From Octopus vulgaris (lineage: Eukaryota), in assembly GCA_951406725.2 (NCBI GenBank), contig OX597823.1:61194001-61258000 (forward strand): 64,000 bases of DNA, written 5' to 3'. This document shows, one piece after another, positions 46,754 to 60,178 of the stretch. Positions within the stretch are counted from its first letter, which is position 1, and the number at the start of each line of letters is the position of its first letter. The position numbers and the translations under genes were made by a program. Under the pieces are notes generated by a model. That model worked only from the letters and a program-made list of their open reading frames with translations, was not told where the DNA came from and searched no databases.

Positions 46754-47591
46754 TCTATTATATAAAATCTGTTCTGTCTGTGTGTGTGTGTGTGTGTGTG
46801 TGTCTTCTAGGATCTCAGGCATCCTCCACCCGATTGCACTCAGATTTGATATGTAGATACCGACGGTATCAGGGCGTGTATAAATCTTGAAAAAATTACA
46901 AAAATCAATTCCAGGTGAGAATACGATCGATAAAGCCGTGGTAACGTGCATTTGTATGTGCAAGTACATCAGGAATGTGGTTTACAAGGCTGCGCTCCAT
47001 TAGCTTTTCCATGCCCTTAAACATCCCGTAAAGTAAGATAGTTTAAAATTAGTTACTTAGTTCCCTAGGTTGTTGCTTTTCATCAAAAGTTGATTTCCTA
47101 GATGTTTTATCGGATAAACTTATTGTTGTCCCAGGTACATTCTCATAAATTCATCATACTTTTCCATCTAGATTTCCCTCCAGCTAACCCATTTGCATGC
47201 ATCATTTTTGTACTGTTTTTCTACCATCAACCTGTACATAACTGCACCTTCCATTTTGTGTTGTTTTTGTACTGCTTAAAGGCACGTTTCTTTCCTGCCA
47301 AACTTACTGTTTAAACCATGTTTGTGTACTCCCAGTCAACAGTCTTATCATTACTGGTACTTTAAACTCTTAGGTTGCATATTTGTGTGAATAAAATTGT
47401 TTTTGTTTGGAACAGAAAAAAGTCTATCTTTATTTCTTCTTTTGCTGGTGTCTCAAATTTAGGTTAAATCAGTGTTTCTCAAAGGGGAGGCCTATGGGAC
47501 GTTCGGACAAGTTATTTTGAGAAAATTTGGTTTAAATGTTTGACAACTCAGCACCGTCCATTGGACGGGTGATGGGGGGGCGTTTTGCTCG
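46754..47591 (+). mobile_element. Possible non-autonomous Helitron-like element
   Basis: Starts A|TCTATTATATAAAA then CTGT/GT repeats; ends with hairpin CCGTCCATTGGACGG and CTCG|T (non-canonical end). Confidence 0.45.
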
Positions 47592-47612
47592 TATATATAT
47601 ATTTATATATAT

Positions 47613-48840
47613 AAGCTATGGACACATAAAAGGTGCAGCAACATCAAAGGAAAATTAACAGAGAAGGTAGCTTTCATGTGCGGCAGATACACAGGGACAA
47701 TAAACACCACAGATACTCAGAAAACAGATTCCATCACTCGCCAGGGAGAGAAACTAGAAGTAGTTGATAACTTCTGCTACCTAGGTGACCAAGTTAGTAG
47801 TGGGGGTGGATGTTCAGAGAGTGTTACCACTAGAACAAGAATAGCCTGGGCAAAGTTTAGAAAGCTTTTGCCCCTACTGGTGACAAAGGGCCTCTCGCTC
47901 AGAGTGAAAGGCAGATTGCATGTATGTGAACTACTATGCTTCACAACAGGGAAACATGGGCCATGACTGTGGAGGACATGCGTAGGGTTGAAAGAAAGGA
48001 AGCAAGCATGATCTGCAGGATGTTTAATGTCAGTGTGCACACATGATAGAGTGTAAGTACTTGAGAGAAATGTTGGACATAAGAAGCATTGGATGTGGCA
48101 TGCAAGAGAGACGCTTGCATTGGTATGGTCATGTACTACGGATGGATGAGGAAAGATGTGTGAAGAAGTGCCACACCCAAACAGTTGAAGGAATCCGGGG
48201 TAGAGGTAGACTCAGGAAGACATGGGATGAGGTGGTCAAGCATGACCTTTGAATGTTGGGACTCACAGAGGCAATGACGAAAGACTGAGGACTCTCGAGA
48301 TATGCTGTAACTGCGAAGACTTGACAAATAAAGTGAGTTCACGGCTGTATTCTACACCAGTTTTGCATAACCAGCCCCAGCCCATTCAAAAGTACCTTGG
48401 ATCATAGGAATACCTGCTGTGCTTACCTTGGATCATAGGGCGACCTACTGTGCTTGAGGAGACCTGTTGAGACAAGTACGTCAACATCAAAATAAAAATC
48501 AAATGGAAATTGTTGTTGTCATATCCATGCCGGTGGCATGTAAAAAGCACCATCCAAGCATTGCCGATGCCGGAGCCACCTTGACTGGCTTCCATGCCAG
48601 TGGCACGTACAAAGCACCAGCCGATCATGGCCATTGTCAGCCCCCTCTGGCCCCTGTGCTGGTGGCATGTAAAAGCACCCACTACACTCACAGAGTGGTT
48701 GGCGTTAGGAAGGGCATCCAGCTGTAGAAACACTGCCAGATCAGACTGGAGCCTGGTGCAGCCTCCTGGCTTCCCAGACCCTGGTCGAACTGTCCAACCC
48801 ATGTTAGCATGGAAAACGGACGTTAAATGATGGTGATGAT
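47613..48840 (+). mobile_element. 5'-truncated, decayed RTE copy related to the 8-16 kb element
   Basis: Homologous to 14995-16128 from inside the PHD finger onward; frameshifts and stops; ends GGACGTTAAATGATGGTGATGAT; flanked by (TA)n. Confidence 0.93.
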
Positions 48841-48859
48841 ATATATATATATATATACA

Positions 48860-48919
48860 TGATTTTGATTTTGATTTTTCTAGTTTCAGCTAATGAGCTG
48901 TGGCCATGCTGGGGCACCC
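48860..48919 (-). mobile_element. Very short 3'-end fragment of the CR1-like LINE family
   Basis: GTTTCAGCTAATGAGCTGTGGCCATGCTGGGGCACC matches 36127-36162; tail (AAAATC)n. Confidence 0.8.
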
Positions 48920-48924
48920 CCATT

Positions 48925-48990
<66 letters not shown>

Positions 48991-49150
48991 GATTATAATA
49001 AAACCACCTGCTATCAATTCAACAATGAAAAAATTAAATTATATCATTTAGAAAAAATTACATCTTATAGAAAAATTAAATATGATAAAACATATACCAA
49101 TAATTAAGTAAAGAGCAAAATAATAAATAAAATGTATATATTTGGTTAAA

Positions 49151-49233
49151 TAACTACACGTGTTTCATGGCTATATTTAAGAAATGATAGCAGTAAAATC
49201 AATTCAATATATATATAGCCACTCTTCAGGTTA
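49151..49233 (-). ncRNA. Minimal type I hammerhead ribozyme, apparently intact
   Basis: Minus strand: TAAC-CTGAAGA-GTGGCTATAT...ATATAGCCAT-GAAAC-ACGT-GTA-GTTA. Perfect stem I, 10-bp stem II, palindromic stem III ACACGTGT. Confidence 0.8.
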
Positions 49234-49632
49234 AAGATAAAAACAAGAATATAATTAATTAAATAAAATAATAAATATACGTATATAATCTTGTAAAATA
49301 CGAAATATCTTAACAAATATATTCTTGTGTTAATAAAAAATAAAATAAAGAGGTATAAATATTTATTTTATCTATAAAAATAAAGTTTTAACCTATACAA
49401 GAAAAGAATAATAAACTATAATATATCATTACTAGAAAATAAAATACAATTAAATTATTTAATATATCACAGTATATCTTTCACACTTTCTCTTTTGGAA
49501 GTAGAACTTCAATTTCTTTAGCTCATCTGAGAAAATATCACTATATGTGTTGGGTGAGATACGAACCCATGCCAGAAAGATTTGACTGTGACCTGAATAC
49601 ATTGCCTAAGGTAGCACAGCCTGAAATATCTA

Positions 49633-49843
49633 TGAGGTGCTGAAAAGTTCTTGGCTTTGGGGCTATTGCACAAGGCCTAGTTGGAGGCCCAACCTTCCGA
49701 GTTCTTTTACAGGGCTTAGAAAACTGAAGGACCGTTGCAATGCGTATGTGAATCCAAGAGGGGAATATGTTGAATAAAATCATAATTAACTGATCCTCCT
49801 GTATTTTCTTTTACCCAAAGCCAGGAACTTTTCAGCACCCCTT
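49633..49843 (+). mobile_element. Mariner-derived MITE (~210 bp)
   Basis: TIRs GGTGCTGAAAAGTTCTTGGCTTTGGG/CCCAAAGCCAGGAACTTTTCAGCACC; internal mariner-like C-terminus ...RGEYVE*; second copy at 62256-62473. Confidence 0.88.
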
Positions 49844-50265
49844 CTCTTATATATACATGTGTGTGTGTTTGTGCGTGCTTATATACATGTATTTATATAT
49901 CATGGACCCTTTTCTTCCTGGTTATGACATATAATGGGTTGGAATGTCCTGTTTATTTATCACTGACTATTGCACTCCCAGCGGGTATGTCTGAAGTGTT
50001 GCCAATTTGCCTAGTGGCAGTATTCCACATGAAGCAAATGCAAACATTTTAAACTGTTATATGTCATAACCAGTAATATAGCACTTGATGATATATAAAA
50101 CTATAACCATTCAATTACTTATATTGAATGTGCTTTCCTCTCTGGTTTGTGGTGGACTAACTCATAACACACACACACACATGCACACATATTTATATAA
50201 TATATATGTATATAAATATACAATATATGTGTATATATGTAATATATATGTGTGTGTGTATATGC

Positions 50266-50328
<63 letters not shown>

Positions 50329-50347
50329 ATATATATACATACATACA

Positions 50348-50383
<36 letters not shown>

Positions 50384-50591
50384 TATATATACATACATAT
50401 ATGATAATAATATGAGGGAATATTATTCCAAACTTACAGGGAAAAATTCAATTTAGAAATACTAAATCAAATTTCACAAAATATTATATATATATATATA
50501 TAAATTAGAAAAAACCCACCTTTTATCAATCCAGTAATGAAAAAATTAAATTATACCATTTAGAAAATATGCACACCCATATACATATACA

Positions 50592-50648
<57 letters not shown>

Positions 50649-51319
50649 TTATATATACACACACACACACACACACACATATATATGTAATATAAGTTTT
50701 TTAAAAAATTTTAGTTTTAAAACAGCATTATTCCCCATAAATCCACACACACATACGCACATACATATTCCCATATCTCTATAATACCCATATCAATGCA
50801 TAAATATATTTACAACCAATCAACCACATGAATGAATTGTTACATAACAACACCTCAATTGTTAATGTAATTTCATTTCAATTCTCCCCTATTTATCAAT
50901 CTTTCGCAGCTTTACTAACAATTTCATAAATTCATAATTTTTGTAACCGTACCAATTTCCATAAAAATTATTTTGACAAAACAAAATGTTTAATGCTACA
51001 CATATACACATGTATAATTGCTACCACTTAAATTCATGAATGCATAGTCATGTAATAACTAATAATATTTGAATGTTAATTTCTGATTATTCACTTCCTC
51101 CCCTGACATAATAATTCTCATAAATTTATAATTCTTGTAACAATACTTATTTAAAATCAATACTTATTCAGAACAGTATTTAAAATTTGAAAGATGTTAT
51201 ATCGCACGTTCCGATGACCTCTACTCAACTCTCGACGTCTAGACGTCTCCCTCTATATCTACGTATTGGGCTAGTCTACTTCTTTGTCTGGGGGCGTCCA
51301 CACAACAAAAGATAGTTGC

Positions 51320-51635
51320 TATATCTGGAAGTGGAAAGAAAATTTAAATCAAGATATAACAACCATCTTTCGAATTTCAGATACCATGATAAGAGACATT
51401 CAACAACCCTTTTGGTTTTTATCTGGAAATTTAAACACAAATTTTGACAGCAAATGAAAAATTCACTCCAAATCCATACCTATATCAATGAGTACAAAAT
51501 GTGATCAGTATGTTCTTTTGAAAAATTGTATCTCTTAAAATACTCAAGAACCTCCTATGAATACATAAATTTGAGGAGTGGGAATTTTTTTGCAAGTCCG
51601 CATTTCAAGAAAAGCATCTTGTCAGAATTTAAAAG
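51320..51635 (+). pseudogene. Penelope-like element GIY-YIG endonuclease remnant
   Basis: FKSRYNNHLSNFRYHDKRHSTTLLVFIWKFK from 51343, then in another frame SVCSFEKLYLL...YINLRS. This resembles the PLE pattern FK.RY.NH..SFR.....ST.LS..IW.LK...C.LC..EK..I...LN.RSE. Confidence 0.75.
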
Positions 51636-52625
51636 CAGGCCATTGGACACTTAATAAACCATGGACATCTTGGTTAAGTCTGCTTGACATCAAATTATTG
51701 TAATGTTGGTTATCTCATCTGTGTTTTTCCTTTTTGTCTTCTTCTTTACAAGCATCTCTTGTTTAAATGTTATCTGCTCAAAAGACAACTGCCAAACAGT
51801 CTTGTTATCAGCTTGATAAATGGCAGAATAAATTATTATTTCAACCAGGAAACCCTGGGTAGCTGTATTTACAAGCTTTGTGTTTTTTTTTATTATAAGA
51901 TCATTTATACATATACATGTATATACTTATATTTGTATATCCATTTATATACGTGTGTGTGTATGTGTGTGTTTATGTGTGTGTATGCATGCATATAATT
52001 TAAAAATGGGCTGAAAAGCACAATACATTACCAAATGCTTGGTAAATGGTCCCACACTCCACTTCTCTACTCCATGTGGTTTGTCAATAATTATCTCCAT
52101 GTGGTTTGTCAATAATTATCATTCATCCTAAGTTAAGCATATGGAGCTGTATTATATATTAATGAGACAAGAGGAAAATTAGACTGACCAGGGCTAGTAG
52201 TGATCAATGTAGTAGTAATCATAACCACAGTAACAATAACAGTCATTGGCATATACCAGAATGTGAAAGCAAGATAGTAGATTTGTCCTTCTTGAAGTTT
52301 GTGTCAAACTATATCTAGTATGGCAGACATAGCTTCTAGCCTGTTCTTTTGTAAACAGGTCTGTAAATCAGAATTATTTGCAGGTGGTCCAGCCATGAGC
52401 ACACATGCACATGCACACACAAACACATTCAATACACACACATGTGTTTAAGCACTCATATTCATAGTCTAACATCTGCACATGCTTCCGTAGTCACTCA
52501 GTTGTAGACATCTCTATGCACAGGCAAGCATGTTGTATACAAACCTCACCATTCCAGATACTGCTACATACCTATGCAGGTACACCCTTTCCTTGCAATA
52601 CTTTCATGGTGTATGCATATCTGTT

Positions 52626-52860
52626 AACCTATTTCTTTACTACCCACAAGGGGCTAAACACAGAGAGGACAAACGAGGACAGACAAACGGATTAATTCGA
52701 TTATGTCGACCCCAGTGCATAACTGGTACTTAATTTATCGACCCCGAAAGAATGAAAAGCAAAGTTGGCCTCGTTGGAATTTGAACTCAGAATGTAATAC
52801 TCAGACGAAATACTGCTAAGCATTTCGCCCGGCGTGCTAACGATTCTGCCAGCTCGCCAC
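52626..52860 (-). mobile_element. SINE family C (best copy)
   Basis: Minus strand: GGCGAGCTGGCAGAATCGTTAGCACG...GAGTTCAAATTCC...CTTTCGGGGTCGATAAATTAAGTACCAG; several homologues in the window. Confidence 0.85.
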
Positions 52861-53357
52861 CCACACTTGTATGTGTATGTATATCTGTTAACCTCCACAA
52901 GAAGTAACTTATCCAAACGCGTTACATAAGCCGATGTAGAACAATGCAGGTGTTCATAGGTACTTCATCTACTGTCATATTAATATCCATAATGTATCCA
53001 TGTAGGGAGGTACAACACATGTGTTCAACAGCATTTTCTTCAGATAGCACAGACCTTGGAACAGTTGGTGAGAGAGAGAGAGCGAGAGAGCAAGAGAGAG
53101 TGACAGAAAGAGGGAGAGTGAGAGAAAGTGAGAAATGGAAAAAAAAAGGGAGAACATCTACTCTCTCTCTCTCTGTACAGCTTCACTGCATCAGTCAATG
53201 AATGCCACAGGCAGTTTCACTCACTGATACATGACATTTCAGGTTTTGTCGATGTTCATAATCTGGCTAGACACACACAAATGCTGCAGACTTTTTGAAT
53301 TGCTGTGACACACTTCATTAGGAAACAAAACTCCACTGCAAACAGGAGAGAAGAACT

Positions 53358-53409
<52 letters not shown>

Positions 53410-53883
53410 GCACTAATATATTTAGTATACCCAAGCACTAAAGATATATGCTTCTGTAAGTCCAATCCCCCAATTAATAATGTATCAGTAGAAGAAGCAC
53501 ACACCAGTCAATCAACCCATCTGATAAAGAGTTATGAACTTGAAAGTACTTAAAATTCAGCAATAAATCTCATAACAGAAACAGCACTTCCAGTTTGAAA
53601 TGTAAAATTTTTTTTATTGTTCCTGTATATTGTTTTGTAACTTTGCTGTCACTCACACATAAATGCACTGACTAACTACTTTCAAAATATTTATATACGT
53701 GTGTGTGTGTAAGTATGTGTGTATGTGGCATATGTATGAATACACAAACACACACACACACACAATAAAAGTGATAAACTCTCAATTTATTTCTCAAAGA
53801 GAATAGTATCAGACATCAAATGCCTGTGCTTTCTACTTGTAATCAGTTGTACATATGTGTATATATGTATATGTGTGTGTGCA

Positions 53884-53926
<43 letters not shown>

Positions 53927-55047
53927 GCACACACATACCCAAACACACACATATATGTGTATGTGTGTATGTATATATATTTATATATATACACACACAC
54001 ACACATATATACACAAACACAGAGAATATGGTGCACAGGCAGAGACAAGCAATAATTACAACTATTAACAATGTTTTGTATAATACAAGCTACACTAACG
54101 AGGTGGTTTGGTGTAACGTCAGAAACAGCATTTGCAGCAGTATTGGGGGTGGTGGTAAGATGATAAAATTTAAGTTTCTCCATTTATGGTAGTCATGGCA
54201 ACTGGCTAACAACAAAGGACATAACATCTGCTGTAGACTTTCGGCAAATAAAGAAAATAACATTTAGTAATTACATTTAAACAACATTGGATGTTGTCTA
54301 TTCTACACCCCTTCCACACCTGCTCTTATGACAGTAATCACCAACCTAAACAATGTTAGAGACAACAACAAAAACAACAACAATAACAACAACAGCAGCG
54401 GCAAATTGAACTGCAGCAATAATAACAACAATAACTTCAGAATTTTAAGTTGCTGTTGTTCTGGTGATTGTTATAACTGCTTCCTGTGAGTCTGTGGTTT
54501 TTGACAGTAAAGAACTAATATTGCAGTCCACAGTTGGGAACTAATCACTAACAGAAATTTTAGTGCCAAAGATCTTTACCAAACGTTACTTCAAACAAGC
54601 TTTCAAATGATATTACTGTAGCCTTCAAAACCTGCACACAGTCACATATGTTCGGTACTTATACAAATATGTACACAGCCCTTACATATGCAGGCAAACA
54701 CATAGATATATTTATACATTCACTAACGGTTTTTTATTTACTATGTTGTATACAGACACTAGTGTTAATTTTTGGAGTCTGATTATGTATCATATGAGCT
54801 ATATAATGGCAGTATGATGGTGAATTAGCAGTCATTTGAGCATGGTTTGTGTTCTAACTCATGGAGGCACATGGTTTAGTGGTTAGAGTGTTGATCGTAA
54901 GTTTGTGGTTTCAATTCCTGGACTAGATGATGTATTGTGTTCTTGAGCAAAACACTTCCTTTCACATTGTTCCAGTCTGCCCAGCAGATGGAAAGAGTAA
55001 TCCTATGATGGATCAGCATTCCATCCAGGGAGGAATATAGGAGGAGA

Positions 55048-55377
55048 CCCACTTTGGTCATGAATGACTATGGGATTGCACCGAGAAAGTTACTCTCCTA
55101 GGCACAAGTCAGGGCAAGATTGTTTGTGGAAGGCTAGAAGTTGCCCATGCATACCAGCCTCCCCTCTCCACACCACTGATGTTATCCAAGAGAAAGGCAA
55201 AGGCTGATACAGCTTGGCACCAGTGATGTCACAACTCATCTTTACAGCTGAGTTAACTGGAACAACGTGAAATAAAGTATCTTGCTCAAGAACACAACAC
55301 ACAGCCTGGTCCGGGAATCAAACTCACAACCTTACGATCATAAGCTCTACGCTCTAACCACTGAGCCATGCACCTTC
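55048..55377 (-). mobile_element. SINE family B, next to a related plus-strand SINE head at ~54864-54990
   Basis: Homology to 2793-3130 and 27180-27510. Confidence 0.88.
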
Positions 55378-56369
55378 AGGGAGGAATATATATATGCCAG
55401 AGGAACCAGAAAGTGGGAAACCAACCGTGTGCTCTTTACAGAGTAATGTGGACTAAACTATATGTTCTAACTCTCCTTGCTCTGGGTTCAAATTTCACTA
55501 AGGTTAACTTGCCTTTAATCCAGTTTGGTGGGTTGATAAGTAAAACACCAATGCATGGAAGGATGAAAATCAAAGTTATTGTCAATTGGATTTGAACTCT
55601 GTAAAAAAACTAAACCAAATATCGCATGACATTTTATTTGACACTTTCACAGTCCTGTTGATTTCACTGCCATCCTTTGGATAAATGATAAAATAAGTAC
55701 CAGTGATATACGTGGGAGGATTACATAAACCACACTTCCTCTCTCACTCAACATTTATTAGCATTTAAAAAAATAGATGTTCTTGCGGTATGTGGCCAAA
55801 AGAAATCAATAATAATGTTGAAGAAAAAAGAACTTGGCCATTGCAAATGAATAGAGACCTTCACTGAAATCAATATGTGTCCAAGCTGTTTTCCTAATGA
55901 AAATTCCAGAACTGTTGTGAGCTGTGGAAGTAGGCATGTACCAAGACATACTAACAGACATGAAGCTATAGATTAATTTTCATATAAACAACATGTCAAG
56001 AAGAATAAAAAAAACAGAACGTCGAAACTACAAGATAAAATTTCAAAAAAAAAAAAATGATACGAAAATGAAAAAAAAGTTTAAAAAATAAATTTAATTT
56101 ACAACAAAACTTTGCCAAATTCAAAGAAGATACATAATTATTATTTTTCTGTCAATCTGGTTAGAAAATATTTTTTTCCTTTTATACAAAATAAACCCCC
56201 AAATTTAACAAAAATGGAAAGCAAATGGACTTATTTACTTTTCTCCCACTCACAAACATTCTCAAGTTAGATATTGTGCATAATCATAGTCTATATTATG
56301 TATTATTCATTTTTGTAGGTCCTTAAATATCTCTCAAACTCACTTTTCCCGTTTTCCTTCCTCATGTGA

Positions 56370-56403
<34 letters not shown>

Positions 56404-56410
<7 letters not shown>

Positions 56411-56810
56411 GGAGTGGTTGTGTGGTAAGTAGCTTGCTTACCAACCACATAGTTTCGGGTTCAGTCCAACTGTGTGGCACCTTGGGCAAGTGTCTTCTAC
56501 TATAGCCTCAGGCCGACCAAAGCCTTGTGAGTGGATTTAGTAGATGGAAACTGAAAGAAGCCTGTCACATATATATTAAAAAGATGTGTGTGTGTATGTG
56601 TTTGTGTATATGTGTTTACCCCACTCCACTATTGCTTGACAACCGATACTGGTGTGTTTACATCCCCATAACTTAGTGGTTTGGCAAAAGAGACCGATAG
56701 AATAAGTACTAGACTTAGAAAGCATAAGTCCTGGGGTAGATTTGTTCAACTAAAAGTAGTGTTCCAGCATGGCCAGAGTCAAATGACTGAAACAAGTAAA
56801 AGAATTAAAA
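56404..56810 (+). mobile_element. SINE family A
   Basis: Homology to 31535-31950. Confidence 0.9.
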
Positions 56811-56820
56811 AAATATATAC

Positions 56821-56853
<33 letters not shown>

Positions 56854-57149
56854 TGTATGTATGTATGTATGTATGTATGTATGTATGTATGTATGTATGT
56901 GTGTGTATGTCTGTGTGGTGTGTATGTGTATGCATGTATGCATGTGTGTATGTGTGTGTGTATATAGGACCTAAAATGTTTGTATTGAATAAGTCATTAT
57001 GGCCTCTTTAAAACATAAATCTACTGCTTGATATTCAGAAAAGTATTCCCCCAACTCATAATTCTTCCTGACTAATTGACAAAACATTTATACCAAGTCT
57101 TATTTTTTGATGCTTCCCATCGTTACTGTTTGAATTTGTTTATAACGAT

Positions 57150-57242
57150 AGCAACAACAACAACAACAACAACAACAGCAACAACAATGATGATGATGAT
57201 GATAAGAGTAATGATAATAAAAGTAATAATAATAACAACAGC

Positions 57243-57281
<39 letters not shown>

Positions 57282-57557
57282 AATAATAATAATAATAATA
57301 ATGAAGACATTGATGATGATGATGATGACGACGACGATGAGGATGATGATGATGATGATGATGATGATAAAGAGGAGGAGGAGAAGAAGGAGAAGAAGGA
57401 GAAGAAGAAGTAGAAGAAGAAGAAGGAGGAGGAGGAGGAGAAGAAGAAGAAGGAGGAGAAAAAAAGAAGAAGAAGACGAAGAAGAAGAAGAAGAAGAAGA
57501 AGACGAAGAAGAAGAAGACGAAGAAGAAGAAGACGAAGAAGAAGAAGAAGAAGAAGG
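57150..57557. repeat. Compound (CAA)/(GAT)/(TAA)/(GAA)/(GGA) microsatellite
   Basis: Directly visible. Confidence 0.95.
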
Positions 57558-58127
57558 AACAATAAAATATTGCCGTTTCTCAAAGTCATAAAAGAAACTT
57601 GAAAATTTCTCCCAAAGGAAGAATTCACATCCTTTTAATAATCACATAAACTTGCATGTATGTATGAGTGTGTGTGTGTGCGCGTGTGTGTGTGTGTGTG
57701 TGTGTTTGTGTTTGTGTTTGTGTGTTGGATGACAAAAACTTACCGTTTTGGCAGAATTTCAATTTTTCTGCACCAACTGGGCAACTAAGCAAATGGCATA
57801 GGATTAAAAAAAGATGCCATTTACATGGAAACAACTAATAAACCAAAAGTCTGTTGTTGGAGGATATTAAAGAGAAGCCAAAAACGAAAAAAATGGAAGA
57901 AATGAGCAAAATGAAAGAAAAAACATGCTAAAGGCTAAATATTAAAATTTCCTAAATAAAATTCACTCGTCATGATTGTTTTCTTTCTTTATTTTACCAT
58001 TTATTTTGTCTTTGCAGATGGTTATTGATGACGTTATAGTGAGGATGTCATGTGTGTGTGTGCATGTGTGTGTATTTGTGTGTGTGTCTGTGTATGTGTA
58101 TGTAAATATAATACATGTATATATATA

Positions 58128-58141
58128 TGAAAGAATCCCAT

Positions 58142-58174
<33 letters not shown>

Positions 58175-58407
58175 ATATGTATGTGTGTATATATGTATGT
58201 GTGTATATATGTTTGTGTGTCTGTGTTTGTCCCCCAACTGATGTTGATGTGTTTAGGTCCCCGTAACTTAGCGGTTCGGCAAAAGAGACAGATAGTATAA
58301 GTACTAGGCTTACAAAGAATATATCCTGGGGTTGATTTCTTCGACTAAAGGTGGTGCTCCAGCATGGCCGCAGTCAAGTGACTGAAATAAGTAAAAGGGT
58401 AAAAGAG
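58128..58407 (+). mobile_element. SINE family A 3' part (a diverged 5' part follows at ~58577-58736)
   Basis: Homology to 31683-31950. Confidence 0.85.
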
Positions 58408-58510
58408 TGTATATACATACATATACATACATATGCTTATATATATATATATATATGTACATACACATATATAAATATATGTATATATGTGTACATACAA
58501 ACATACACAC

Positions 58511-58577
<67 letters not shown>

Positions 58578-58745
58578 GGTGCAGACATGCTTGGGTGGTG
58601 AAGAAGTTCAGTTCCCAATCAATATGCTTTCAGGTCCAGCCCCATATGTGGTACCTTAAACAAGTGATTTTCAACAGTCCTAGATCAACCAAAACCTTGC
58701 AAGTAAATTTCAGAGATGGAAACTGAAAGAAGCCTGTACTATGTA

Positions 58746-59241
58746 TCAATATATATAAATGACAATTTCTGTCTGTCAGTGCCTAAACCAGTGAACCAAT
58801 ATTCACGAAACTTTGCATACATGTTACACTAACACTTAGTTCAATAATAGGCTAATTGGAATTCAATAAAAACCTATAACGTATCACCCAGGGGTGTTGG
58901 ACGAATTATACGATGAAATGAGAAGGTTGCAAAAAGTATTAGTCTGAGGGAAAGGTAATAACAGAGAGGGAGTGACTTATATCAGTGAAGACTTATAATA
59001 TGGTGGCAAGGGGATGTTATGTTACTACAGCTGTCATATACACGTTATTCTGCATCATACGTTTGTAAATACATAAATGCAGCACACACACACACACATA
59101 CACACACACACACACACAAGCACACACACACTCACACACACAGAAAGGGGTATGTGAGGAATACGTAGCTTTAAGGAGAGGGGTGGGTAGCTTTTCTGCT
59201 TTCCATCACAAAGAAACACTCACACACAGATACACATACAA

Positions 59242-59300
<59 letters not shown>

Positions 59301-59951
59301 CATATATACATACATATGTCTACTATACATCATGGTTACCTGTGTGTACGTTTGTAAATGTGTATGTGTGTGTATGTGTGTCACATCCTATAACCGTCTG
59401 TATCTCTACTTTTGTGGGGTCTTGCCTGTTGCTGTCAGACATTTTGATATTTTAAAATTACGTCAAAATTGTTGAATATGCTATATTGAAATAATTTTCC
59501 ACATTAAATCCAATTTGTCATTTATTTGTTCCAGAAAAGTTGCAGAAAAATGTTACTGAGGTTTAAAGTTTAATCAATTTTACCTAATCAGTAAACAGGA
59601 TTTGGAAGCTGACATTTTCTATATGATAGCTGTCTATCACAAAATGAAAGCAAAATCATTAGGAGGATGAATTTTTATTAAACAAATGAAAGCAAAGCAT
59701 TACGACAACCAAAGCTGTATGAACTTCTGAAATTTTAATGAATAACATCATGTGAAAAAGTCGAACAGGCATGTAAATAATTTAAAATGGAAAAGAATCC
59801 TCAACAATGTTTTTTAACAAAAAATTGCACAAATCTGTCCTGATTAAGAGGCCTATTAGTCGGGAAGGCATGCCCTGACATGGAATAAATAAAAATTTAT
59901 ATAAGACATTCTATTGTAAAAATTGCCTGGCAACAATGGACTATTCAGCTA

Positions 59952-59952
<1 letters not shown>
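58746..59952 (+). mobile_element. Possible non-autonomous Helitron-like element (~1.2 kb)
   Basis: Starts A|TCAATATATATAAA...CTGTCTGTC; ends with a degenerate hairpin GCCTGGCAACAATGGAC then CAGCTAG|T; termini resemble those of 24920-25314. Confidence 0.55.
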
Positions 59953-59984
<32 letters not shown>

Positions 59985-60129
59985 CACCAATAAGGCACAT
60001 CCAGGAGTACATCATACCTAAAGTGTTCAATTGATTGTGAGTAGAATTATTAACACAAGTGTATAGAATAAACAATAGGCTGAAAACAGCTAACATCTGA
60101 TATATGATATAAGGGAAGTATGATGACCT

Positions 60130-60178
60130 TCCATTACAAAACGTTTTGTTTCACAGACTCTGTCTCTCATCAGACATT
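60130..60178 (-). ncRNA. Degenerate hammerhead motif
   Basis: Minus strand: CTGATGA-gAGACagaGTCTgt-GAA-ACAAAACGTTTTGT-A; palindromic stem III, weak stem I. Confidence 0.45.

Noticed and set aside
52070-52120. 25-bp direct repeat CTCCATGTGGTTTGTCAATAATTAT x2
   Set aside because: Simple tandem duplication with nothing between the copies.
57076-57628. Poly-T/M/R/E ORFs
   Set aside because: Compound trinucleotide microsatellite; the same applies to the many YI/HT/CV/MYVC ORFs across the window.
57990-58055. Possible host exon after a polypyrimidine tract and TTTGCAG
   Set aside because: Acceptor-like, but the following sequence runs into a GT microsatellite with no recognisable protein or strong donor.
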